A DNA stretch of 64,000 nucleotides from Ranitomeya imitator (Eukaryota), in assembly GCF_032444005.1 (NCBI RefSeq), contig NC_091288.1, forward strand, positions 201,810,001 through 201,874,000, read 5' to 3'. Positions 1-10,925 of the stretch are shown one piece after another. The stretch's first letter is position 1; every line of letters starts with the position of its first letter. Below the pieces are notes generated by a model that saw only the letters and a list, made by a program, of their open reading frames with translations, was not told the origin of the DNA and ran no database searches. The position numbers and the translations under genes are program-made.

Positions 1-87
1 CGGGGAGTGGGTGATGGCACTGATCATACAGCTCTGCTGGGAGGAGGTGTTGGCACTGATCATACAGCTCTGCGGGGAGGAGGTGGT

Positions 88-103
88 GGCTCTTATAAGA
101 GCC
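88..103 (-). terminator. Histone mRNA 3' stem-loop (SLBP site) of H1
   Basis: Minus strand AAA-GGCTCT-TATA-AGAGCC-ACCAC followed by the HDE AGAGCTGTA. Confidence 0.95.
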
Positions 104-131
104 TTTGTGGTATCAGAACAGGGGCTGCAGC

Positions 132-770
132 TTATTTCTTAGCCGCGGGCTTCTTGGCTTTCGCAGCCTTCTTAGCCGGACTCTTGGCGGGTTTGGCCGC
201 CTTCTTAGCCGGACTCTTCGTCACCTTCTTGGGCTTGGGAGCGGCTTTCGGCTTTTTGGGGCTCTTGGCCGCTTTCTTGGCAGCTGCGGGCTTCTTGGCC
301 TTTTTCGGGCTCTTCTTGGCCGCGGTCGGAGCCTTCTTGGGCTTCTTCGGAGATTTGGCGGCTTTCTTGGCAGCAGCGGGTTTCTTAGGTTTGGCCGCAG
401 CTGCTGGCTTCTTCTTGGCCACTTTGTCCTTCGTCTCCTGCTTCTTGTTCAGCTTGAAGGACCCGGAGGCGCCGCTGCCCTTCACCTGGAGGAGGGCGCC
501 CTTGGTGACCAGAGACTTGACGGCCAGCTTCAGGCGGCTGTTGTTCTTCTCTACATCGTATCCTCCGGCAGACAGAGCCTTCTTCAGGGCGGCCAGAGAC
601 ACCCCGCTGCGCTCCTTGGAGGCGGACACGGCTTTCACGATCAGCTCGGAGACGCTGGGGCCGGAGGGTTTATTGCTCTTCTTGGCAGCAGATTTCTTCG
701 GCTGCTTCTTGGATTTGGCGGCCGGTTCTGCGGGAGGGGGAGCGGCGGCTGGCGCGGTCTCTGCCATCAT
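132..770 (-). CDS. H1: Histone H1 (somatic, replication-dependent), unit 1
   Basis: [13 protein letters not shown]...globular domain [30 protein letters not shown]...[11 protein letters not shown] and a K/A/P-rich tail; ATG at 770 (or 767); stem-loop at 88-103. The longer ORF start at 890 runs through the promoter. Confidence 0.98.
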   Translation of the reverse strand: MMAETAPAAAPPPAEPAAKSKKQPKKSAAKKSNKPSGPSVSELIVKAVSASKERSGVSLAALKKALSAGGYDVEKNNSRLKLAVKSLVTKGALLQVKGSGASGSFKLNKKQETKDKVAKKKPAAAAKPKKPAAAKKAAKSPKKPKKAPTAAKKSPKKAKKPAAAKKAAKSPKKPKAAPKPKKVTKSPAKKAAKPAKSPAKKAAKAKKPAAKK

Positions 771-1740
771 GTGCTGCGGAAAAACAAGATGAAAATATTT
801 CCTGATAGGAAGGAAAACACTGAGGCCGGAGCTGGAGGCGCCTGTTATATGTACAGGCTTACTGCGCACTGATTGGCTGCTGAGCTGCACCGTTCTGAGC
901 TTCTATTGGCTGACACTGGACATAAACCCCGCCTCCTCCCAGCTGAGTCCGGGTGAAGCACCGCTCTCTCCTTGTGCTTCCCTGCCCGGGATAAAAGCCC
1001 TTTACCGGCTAACACCGGACAGCAGAGCGCGCTTCCTCCATCGCCTCTCCTTCTCCAACATCTCCACCGGCCATTTGTAGCCGTCACTAGCAGAGATGCC
1101 GGGAAAGAGCGGAGAACAAATCCCGGGATCATCGCCGCCGTCCTCCCGATCTGCACCTCACTGTGTATCCGGGGAGATAAATCTGCTGCGGGAGCTCGTT
1201 CCTCCTATTCCCGGCTCTTGTCACCATCACAGGGATCTTTACTCCAATGTCTATCGTACAGGGAGCTGATTGTACGATGTGGGGACGAGCTGGAGCTGCT
1301 GAGAACCCAGAAGGGTAACACAGGCGACGGCCTCCGCTGACTGCCACCTCCCTGACCTGTGGTGTCACTGTACCCCGTATGTGCAGAGGATTGGGGGGAC
1401 ACGTGTTCCACACCAGTAGATGATCCACATCGGTGGCTGAGTGCAATCACCTGCCTGATATCTTGTCTTAGTGGTGGGAAAGAGCTCTGATGAGGCGACA
1501 GCTGCACAGTGCGACTCCCCAACCAAACACATGAACATCTCAGGGGAGAAAACTGAAATATTAACGGATGTATATGACCCCCACTATTATGCAAAAGGGG
1601 AATATTGGGAGAAGAGCGGAGACACAAAATCCAGCGTCTACACAGAGAACACAGCTGTATATAGTATATATAGTGCACAGCATCACATCTGCACAGCCCA
1701 GATCAGCAGTGTAATAAGTGCCACTGATAATAGAGGAGAG

Positions 1741-2412
1741 GGTACAGTATATACAGCAGAGTGTACAGTATATACAGCAGTGTATAGTATATACAGCAGT
1801 GTACAGTATATAGAGCAGTGTATAGTATAGTGCGGTGTGTACAGTATATAGAGCGGTGTGTGCAGTATATACAGCAGAGTACACTGTATGTAGACCAGAG
1901 TGTACAGTATATACAGCAGAGTACACAGTATATAGACCAGAGTGTACAGTATACAGAGCAGTGTGTGCAGTATATGCAGCAGAGTACACAGTATATAGAG
2001 CAGTGTACAGTATATACAGCAGTGTACAGTATTTACAGCAATGTACAGTAAATAGACCAGAGTGTACAGTATATAGAGCAGTGTACAGTAGTGCGGTGTG
2101 TGCAGTATATAGAGCAGAGTATACAGTATATACAGCAGAGTACAGTATATAGAGCAGAGTGCACAGTATAAAGAGCTGTGTGTACAGTATATACAGGAGA
2201 GGGTACAGTACATAGAGCAGTGTGTACAGTATATAGAGCACTGTACACAGTATATACAGCAGTGTGTACAGTATGTAGAGGAGAGTGTAGAGTATGTACA
2301 GCAGTGTGTACAGTATATAGATCATTGTGTGCATTATATAGAGCAAAGCGTTCAGTATATAGAGCAGTGTGCAGTATAGTGCGGTGTATATAGAGCAGTG
2401 TATACAGTATAC
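1741..2412 (+). repeat. Low-complexity ~20-bp GTACAGTATATAGAGCAGT-type satellite; inverted copy 11735-12315; present in every unit
   Basis: Directly visible degenerate tandem repeat. Confidence 0.93.
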
Positions 2413-2477
2413 TATTATTATTTTTTTATATAGCACCATTGATTCCATGGTGCTGTACATGAGCGGTGACCTCCCAA

Positions 2478-2736
2478 AGTGTAGAGGAACAATTCAAGAG
2501 TGTGGGGTACTTATTTCAGAATTCGGGGGGGGGGGGGGGGGGGGGGGGTTAACGGCCCGGGGGGGGGGGCATTTTTTTGAGGGGCATTACTTGTGGGCAA
2601 GGTCAATTTGGGGGGTCACAGCTCAACCCGGTTTTGGGCTATCAACCCCAAATTTTCAGGGTGTGTAGAGTACCCCTAGCGAACCAATAGTGTAAAAAAT
2701 TGAGGGTGGCACTTTGAGGGCACCCCAAAACTAATG

Positions 2737-2767
<31 letters not shown>

Positions 2768-3330
2768 AAAAAAAAAATGCCCCCCTCCCATTAACCTAAA
2801 AATTCTGAAAAAAAAAATAGCCCAACTAATGAATTGTTCCTCTACACACTATGAAAATTTGACGTCGATAGCCCCAATCTGGGCTGAGCAGTTACCCCCC
2901 AAAGCTGCCCTGCCCATTGAAGCTTATCGCGCGCAGGGTCACTGCCCAGCCTGGTTTGTGCCTACCGACCCCACATTTTCAGGGTGTGTAGAGGAACAAT
3001 TCAAGAGTGTCGGGTAATTTGTTCAGAAGTTTGGGGGTCGGGAAGGGGGGCATATTTTTGGGGTGATCTCAAAATGCCCCCCACATTTTTGCAGCACTGG
3101 TCCACTAGAGCTATGGGTACGCTACACACCCTGAAAATGTGTGGTTGATAGCCACAAACAGGGCTGAGCAGAGACTCCCCAAAGTGACCCTGCCCATTGA
3201 AGTCTATGGTGCGCAAGGTCACTGCTCAGCCCGATTTGGGTCTGTCGACCACAAATTCTCAGGGTGTGTAGAGGAACACTTTAAGAGTGTGTGGTAATTT
3301 TTTTCAGAATGTTTTGGGTCAACCGGGGCA
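2478..3330. mobile_element. Foldback/MITE-like element built of alternating-orientation subunits (TTTTCAGGGTGTGTAGAGGAACAATTCA) with poly-G and poly-C/poly-A tracts
   Basis: Forward subunits near 2480, 2655, 2977, 3257; reverse near 2832, 3116; CCCATTGAAGTC-type motifs. Family not identified. Confidence 0.5.
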
Positions 3331-4787
3331 TTTTTTGGTGGGGCACAACGTTTGGGTTGCCCTCAAAAGCCCCCCAAAGTTTTACACCACACCTCCTTTG
3401 CTACATATCGAAGTATTGGCAATGCTGATGAGTATACTGGACCCCGCGATCACTTGGCTGGATGTGGGAATGTGCAGAGGAAAAATGAGGATAATGAACG
3501 GGATTACAGCAGCACCCCACATGCGGATGGTGGTGCCGAGAAAATCTAGTACATCAGCCTCATTCTGGAGAGGTGCTGACATGAAGGATTGATCAGCTCT
3601 CCGTGAGAGAGAGCGAGAAAGAAAGAGAGAGAGAAAGCCTGATGTGACGCTACCGGGTCTCGGGTGGGGGAAGTCGCCGGTTCTGTAAAGCGAGTGTGTA
3701 GTGGGGGTCAGCACACACACGGCGACTAAGGAGTTAAATGGAGGCGGATATTCCTGTATCTGGGATTGGTCGGCGCCTGCGGATGTCTCTCGCTCATTGG
3801 CTGATTACAGATCCGTTGATGGTTTTGAATTTCCCGCTCAATATCTGTTCTTTGTCCGTCGGATTATTACCGGCCCCTCTGCTGGAGCGGCGATCGCCGA
3901 TAATACCGGGTCCTGTCCTCCCAGCTGTCTGCCCCCAAACACGGGGATCGGTTTGCTTATCGGTTGCCATTAATATTCTGGGGAGGTTATAATAGTCTTC
4001 AGAGGCGCCTTCCATCCGAAACATTAGTGTCCAGGACGTGGTCATCACATAGGAGTCTCCGTACCCGGTACACAGGGCGTCCGTCTATCCAGCTGCCTCA
4101 GACAGCCACATTCCCTGTGAATATTCGCTGCCCCCTGTTCAGTATAACATCAAGTAGCAGAATCAACACATTCATCTCACGGCAGGACTGTAGTAACCGC
4201 ATCACTCCGGGGTTTGTACTGTGTGCATAGAGGGGCCTCCGGGAGGCAGTGTGCGGATATATCCCCCATAAATCTGTGAGGTTTGAGATCAATAAGAAGA
4301 AACCGCATCACCCGAAGTTTGCGGTGCCGGCTCTAGTATGGAAAGACGGGGAGGAAAATAAGAGGGGAGAGTATAGAAGACACGTCCCAGGCTGTGACCG
4401 ATACTACAGGCAGCCGCACGGGGGATATTGTGCCCTGCAGAGACGCTGCGCCCGATACTAATCAGCGCCCAATAAAAGCAGGATCTTAGGACAACATCTT
4501 AACAGATTTAGAAAACGCCGGGAGTTGCTCCGTTATTAGAGCTGTAGAGGGATCTGCTTGGGAAAACCAGGTTAGTCTTTCTAGGTCAAAATATTGGAAA
4601 AGACCCTAGTCCCAGATCACACACTGCGGGCACATCCCAGAATCTGGATAATGCGGCTTCATTCCTTCGACCGGGAACCCACAGCATTAGTGGCTCAGTA
4701 AAGGTTCTAAACGATATATTAACTTTATAACCACCAGGAACCAGAGCGCAGGAATAGGAAGGTGCAGCCTCTCACTGAGATGTGGGT

Positions 4788-4803
4788 GGCTCTGAAAAGA
4801 GCC
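4788..4803 (-). terminator. Histone 3' stem-loop of H4a
   Basis: GGCTCT-TTTC-AGAGCC-ACCCA; recurs in each unit. Confidence 0.95.
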
Positions 4804-4833
4804 TTTGGGTTGTGAAGACAGAAGAGAACACAA

Positions 4834-5154
<321 letters not shown>

Positions 5155-5297
5155 TCAGTGAGCAAAAACTGATTCCTGGACAGCACGGACTGCTCCTTTA
5201 TATGGAGGAAGAATGGACCAGAGAGAGAACTGCAGAGATGACGCACTTCCGGGACGGGTCTTCCAGAATCTACATTTGCCCCTCCCTTCCTCTGCTG

Positions 5298-5339
5298 ATT
5301 GGCTGACCACAGAACTGTTGGGACGTTTGAGTTTCCCGC
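5298..5339 (-). promoter_or_regulatory. H4a upstream module: CCAAT box, Myb-like AACTGTTG, TTTGAG, E2F-type TTTCCCGC
   Basis: ATTGG at 5298, TTTCCCGC at 5332; the same layout precedes H4b (17438-17479). Confidence 0.65.
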
Positions 5340-5460
5340 TCATTGGTCATATTCTGCAATTATCTTCCCAGCTTGTATTTTATGCAATTTCTTTCCCTTG
5401 TGACTAAAGATATCCCACATATTTTCATCACCGTTCCAGATCATCGTGGTTCATACCATC

Positions 5461-5730
5461 CACAATGTATGATGCCCCCACTTATCCCGCACACAGTATG
5501 CTGCCCCCAAAGTTATCCTCCACATAGTATGATGCCCCCTACACAGCAAGATAACCACACAGTAGGATGCCCCCACAGTTACTGTTTAAGGGTATGATAT
5601 CCCCAGTTACTCCGAAAACAGTATGATGCCCTAAGTTACCCCCCCCCCCCCCCCCCCCAACACACACACAGGAAATATGATGCACCCACAGTTACACCCT
5701 ATACAATGTGATACCCCCAGAGCGACCCAT
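5461..5730 (+). repeat. Degenerate ~30-bp CACAGTATGATGCCCC minisatellite with a poly-C tract
   Basis: About 8 visible copies of (A/G)GTATGATGCCCC. Confidence 0.8.
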
Positions 5731-6875
5731 CCTCAGTGTAATGTAATGATTAACAATTGTTCATGTTATGGTGAAAGTCTTCCATTAATGGAGATTTGGA
5801 AGGGTGAAAGAAGCAAGAGAAATTAGAAGAGATATTTCATCAGATCAACATCTGGTGATTAAATGTTCATTTTTGCCATTACCTCATGTACAAATCACAA
5901 ACCAGAGAGACACATTTTTATGCAGTTTTTTATATATCATGTTATGCTTTAGTAATGCAAAATCACATGACTGGGCCTTTAATTGTAAAGTACAAATTAT
6001 TAGGGGTTTTTTTGCTTCTTTTTCATTGTTTGTCTTAATGTGAAAACTGTACTGGCAGCAAAAGGGTTAAAAAACCAGTGTAACAGAAAAATGATCCCTA
6101 CTACATTGCCCTCTATAGTGCCAGAGGCATTTACTCTCTTACAACCAGGACTTACTTCTTAGGCGTTAGGGCAGTGAACCCATTAAATGCTGCAGGTCAG
6201 TTACTGAGTAGCTGTATGATGGCTCCTGGGTCCCAGTAGGGCACTGTATGAAATACCAGGTCGGATCCACTGCCAATTACAGCACAAAGCCATTTTTGGC
6301 AGTGAAATCTGATTAAGAAAAGTCCCTTCAACATCCACACCAGTAGCAATATGCATCGTGCATCCCCCCATAAAGTGGTTTTGACGTCCTGCAGCAGTGA
6401 CAGGGGAGTCTAGCGAAGATAATCGCTGTTTTTCGGCAAGGAACATTCCATGTTATCCAAATCAATTTTCTTTATGACCCCAGTGGCCCATTCTGGTGGG
6501 CGCTCCTGCCGGCCCCAACAACGTCCCCGCCTGCCATTTGCGTTTCTTTTATCGTGTGCTCCAGCCAGTCTCTTCCATGCTGTTCGGAGGGATCAGTGTC
6601 CCCATTGCAGTTTGGGCTACACAGCGAGAAGGATTTCACAAGCCTTTAATGCCACTGGCCGGTCACAGTCACACAGACAAGTCAATAAGGCCGGAAAAAG
6701 CCCGACTCTTTCACATGTAACCAGAGCGTCGGAGATGGAACCTGAGCTTCTGCTAGATGGCAGCCCTATAGTGTAAGGGCACGTTAGGGACGGCCCCATC
6801 TCCAATATTTGTGACATATACACATATAGGAATCCTTAGCCAAACAGTAAACACCTTTACCAAAGTCACGGTTTG

Positions 6876-7066
6876 TTTAGAAGTCCGACAGCCGAGCAGG
6901 TGCGTTTGGAGGTCTGGCAGCAGGGCAGCGCATTTCGAGATCCAACAGCTGTGGAGGTGCGTTTCAAGATCCGACAGCCAACGAAGAGTATTTCGATGTC
7001 CGACAGCCGGGTAGATGTGCTTCGAGGTCCAGCAGCCGCGGCGGAGTGATTCGAGGTCCTGTCACG
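6876..7066 (+). repeat. 29-bp array: conserved TTTCGAGRTCCRRCAGC core plus variable tail, 6.5 units
   Basis: Unit starts at 6876, 6905, 6933, 6962, 6991, 7020, 7049. Confidence 0.85.
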
Positions 7067-7256
7067 TAGATATATATCCAGTTAGTGCAGTGTACGGGGG
7101 AACACAGGTGTTGGTTCTGCCCCGTATATATATATATTTACAGTGTATACATTGTTTGCGGTGTATAGGGAACACAGCGCTACCGGGGCCTGGGGTGAAG
7201 GTGCCGCATCTTTGGATACTCTGATGAGAGATCAGCTGGAACACGGAAAATAAGAA

Positions 7257-7317
7257 GTTAAATGGAGGAGACACGTCTGTGTACCTGATGTACGTAGATG
7301 TCTCTCCTCCATTTAAC
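7257..7317 (+). other. 61-nt hairpin (28-bp stem, 5-nt loop)
   Basis: GTTAAATGGAGGAGACACGTCTGTGTAC-CTGAT-GTACGTAGATGTCTCTCCTCCATTTAAC; 24 Watson-Crick pairs, 3 G.U, 1 C-C mismatch. Confidence 0.8.
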
Positions 7318-7823
7318 GTCCTATTTTCAAGGCTGAGCTTTCCCAAGGCTGCCCGCTCATTGTCTTATCACATGATCCTTTGGGGGATTTGAGTTTCCCG
7401 CTCATAATCTCTGGAGGATTATTACCGGTCACTGCCGATAGCGGAGATCACAATCCGGTCACACCCGGAACAGCGCGGAGTCCTGTCCTCCAGAGCCGCC
7501 GCACACGGGATCGTCCTCCGAGAGAAGGCGCCGTCACTGATGTGGAGGAGAATCACCCGCCCGGTCCCCTTACTGCGGGACCTGCTAACTACATGTAGAC
7601 CTCAGCGCGGAGTATCAGACACTAATGAGGGGACATTTCCTGCGAGCTTGGCAGACGACACTCCCACCTGAGGGGTCTGAGACTTCATGTGGGATTGACC
7701 CATTCATCTCCTATTATTCTGTGGATATGTGCACCAACAATGGCGGCAATGGTGTATGTACCATCAGCCTCATGTGAGGACCCCGAGATAGGCGGCGCCG
7801 GCTCTTGTGGTGACGGTGTGGGT

Positions 7824-7839
7824 GGCTCTTAGAAGAGCC
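7824..7839 (-). terminator. Histone 3' stem-loop of H2A
   Basis: GGCTCT-TCTA-AGAGCC-ACCCA. Confidence 0.95.
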
Positions 7840-7868
7840 TTTGGTTTTGTAGAGATTGGCGGCAGCGC

Positions 7869-8330
<462 letters not shown>

Positions 8331-8836
8331 TTATATAGTCTGCTGCTCCGCCCTCCTCTCCTGTCATTGGATGACTCTGAAGCTGGCCAATGGGGAAGAG
8401 TCTTGAGGAACCGCCAATGAGCTGCCGAGGGCGGAGCTTATTATTGCTCCTTGCTCAAATTAGTTTCTCACCCAATAGAAAACGTTCGCTTTGGACCGAA
8501 TAGATAAGGGGTGAAAACAGATATTTGTCTTGGAGCAGAAGGAAGTGCAGAAATATTCTGTTGATTTGTAGTTTGCACTTGTTGAATTTGTGTCTACTAT
8601 CAGCCATAAATTGCACTGACAGTCTGGTGGGTGAGGGGTTAATCCCTGTCAGTGCTTCTCCTCCGCTCCATCTGCACAGGAGGCGGCTCCTCACTCACCC
8701 GCTTATTACCCTGTGCAGATTCCCTGTGGTGTCCGCGCTGATCCTATCACAGCCTGACTGAGACAAGTCTCCTATGTTCTGCCCGGAGCCTGATGTGACG
8801 CTGCCGGTCCCGGGTGGGGGAAGTCGCCGCTTCTGT

Positions 8837-9182
8837 ATTGTATGATACAATATTGTTCTGCTCCAGGAAGACATCCAGGCCTCTCTTGAACCCCTCGACT
8901 GAGTTCGCCATCACCACCTCCTCAGGCAAGCAATTCCAGATTCTCACCGCCCTAACAGTAAAGAATCCTCTTCTATGTTGGTGGAAAAACCTTCTCTCCT
9001 CCAGACGCAAAGAATGCCCCCTTGTGCCCGTGGCCTTGGTATAAACCTTGGTATAAACAGATCCTCAGCGAGATATTTCTATTGTCCCCTTATATACTTA
9101 TACATGGTTATTAGATCGCCCCTCAGTCGTCTTTTTCTAGACTAAATAATCCTAATTTCGCTAATCTATCTGGGTATTGTAG
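8837..9182 (-). mobile_element. 5'-truncated CR1-family LINE fragment (3' end of ORF2); also 29653-29998, 50467-50800, 62913-63258
   Basis: Minus strand reads [31 protein letters not shown]...RGHSLRLEERRF...RRGFFTVRAVRIWNCLPEEVVMANSVEGFKRGLDVFL, the typical CR1 ORF2 C-terminus, with a stop and a 12-bp duplication. Confidence 0.9.
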
Positions 9183-9729
9183 TTCTCAATAGAATTGTAG
9201 TTCTCAATACCCAGATAGTGGTAATGTTCTGAGCAGGGACACTCCGCAATCTTCTACACATGATCGTACATTTCCCATCACAGAGGGATCTGCTGGGAAG
9301 GGCAGAATTGGTCTTCCCTGAAATGTCTCTTGTAGGATACGTCCCTGACCAGTATATCGTCTGCACAGTACTGATTGTGACGGGAAAGGGACGATCTGAT
9401 CGTCTCCAGGTCAGGCACACGGGCACATCACAGCATGTGGAGAACACGAATCAGTCTCTATATCTATGAGTGGAAACAGGAGCGAATACTGCACCGCTAA
9501 CCTGGAAATCTGCAGACTCCTGTGTGGGATGTAAGAGAGCAATGATCGCTCAACACAAGCAGATTTCCCGATATCGGTCCTGGGAGCACGTGTCATATGA
9601 AGACAAAGGACGGAAAAAAGCGGGAACTTTAAACTTTTTACCATTGGAAACATTAGCTCCTCCCTCTGCTGATTGGCTGAACACAGGACGGTTAGGGGGG
9701 TTTGAATTTCCCGCCGCTTCTAAATGTAA

Positions 9730-9737
9730 TGACGTCA
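9730..9737. promoter_or_regulatory. Perfect CRE palindrome TGACGTCA (within AATGACGTCATT) beside the orphan module at 9672-9714
   Basis: Seen directly in sequence; function unknown. Confidence 0.4.
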
Positions 9738-10013
9738 TTTACACTGTAAAAAGAATTCAATTAGGCTCTAGATCAACTCCACCGACCACCACAAATGGCT
9801 CCTGTTAACGGAGAAAGGAGAGTAATGAACGAGACCCCAGAATGCCGAGATCTGTGCAGCAAGGGGTTAAATAAGTCCCTGAATACACATCAACTCACTG
9901 AGCAATGCCCAGATTATTCCTGAGGTTTTCTCACTATCTCCCTCGTCATCAGACGCAGAGCCCCGGGCGGTGCGAGCAGACACCTCGGGGAGACGGGAGA
10001 GGACACCGGAGCA

Positions 10014-10085
10014 GTGTGGGTGGCTCTTATAGTGAGGGTGTAGGTGGCTCTTATAGGGAGGGTGTGGGTGGCTCTTAGAAGAGCC
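10014..10085 (-). repeat. Three tandem 24-bp copies of the H2B stem-3'-arm/downstream segment
   Basis: GTGTGGGTGGCTCTTATAGTGAGG / GTGTAGGTGGCTCTTATAGGGAGG / GTGTGGGTGGCTCTTAGAAGAGCC on the + strand. Confidence 0.9.
10070..10085 (-). terminator. Histone 3' stem-loop of H2B
   Basis: GGCTCT-TCTA-AGAGCC-ACCCA. Confidence 0.95.
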
Positions 10086-10115
10086 TTTGGGGTGAGGAGC
10101 GGAGCACGGANNNNN

Positions 10116-10592
<477 letters not shown>

Positions 10593-10925
10593 TCAGACCG
10601 CCGTGCTATTGGGTGATGAAGTCATGTGACCAACGGGAACGTCAGACGCTCCGCCCACTGCAGCTGATTGGTGGTTCTCCAACTGATATTTCGCTTTTCA
10701 GCACCCTCCATATAGCGCTGTAAAACACGTATAATGCTGAATACATCTAAATAGTGCTGTGAAGCGCCATATACCGCAGTGCACCCTCATATAGTGCTCT
10801 ATGTGTTAATGTAGCTCTGTTTACCCTTCATGTGCTGCAGTATACTCCAATATAGTGCTGCTATTCATCTGTATAGTGCAGAGTGCCCCCATATACTGCA
10901 ACTTACTGACAAATGACTGTGCCAC

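Larger units (their letters stand above)
953..3555. repeat. Left arm of a large diverged inverted repeat (H1 upstream region)
   Basis: Reverse complement matches 10991-13132 with substitutions and indels. Confidence 0.9.

Noticed and set aside
972-1340. ORF retained in frame in both inverted-repeat arms (972-1340 +, 12745-12978 -)
   Set aside because: It starts at a non-ATG codon, resembles no protein I recognise, and retention is expected from high arm identity; a 1-bp deletion breaks it in unit 4.
1486-1560. CTGATGA motifs (1486, ~3426, 7221, ~15981) as hammerhead ribozyme cores
   Set aside because: No stem II followed by GAAA and no stem I/III pairing could be built.
1561-2460. 299-aa YILYTLL-rich ORF and related ORFs at 11.7-12.6 kb
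   Set aside because: Translation of a simple satellite.
6058-6070. AGGGTTAA/GGGGTTAA motifs (~6062, ~8635, ~9863) as piggyBac/T2-MITE termini
   Set aside because: No matching opposite terminus or paired TTAA target duplication could be identified.
6876-7066. CRISPR-like repeat/spacer appearance or Pol III B-box array
   Set aside because: Vertebrate context, a degenerate core, tails of only ~12 nt and no cas genes; TTCGA-NNN-CC is one base longer than the tRNA B-box, and no A-box or cloverleaf is visible.
9867-10110. C-terminal extension of H2B after the X run (PCSAPHPKGSSKSHPH...)
   Set aside because: The ORF caller read through the Ns; this is 3' UTR, stem-loop and downstream repeats.
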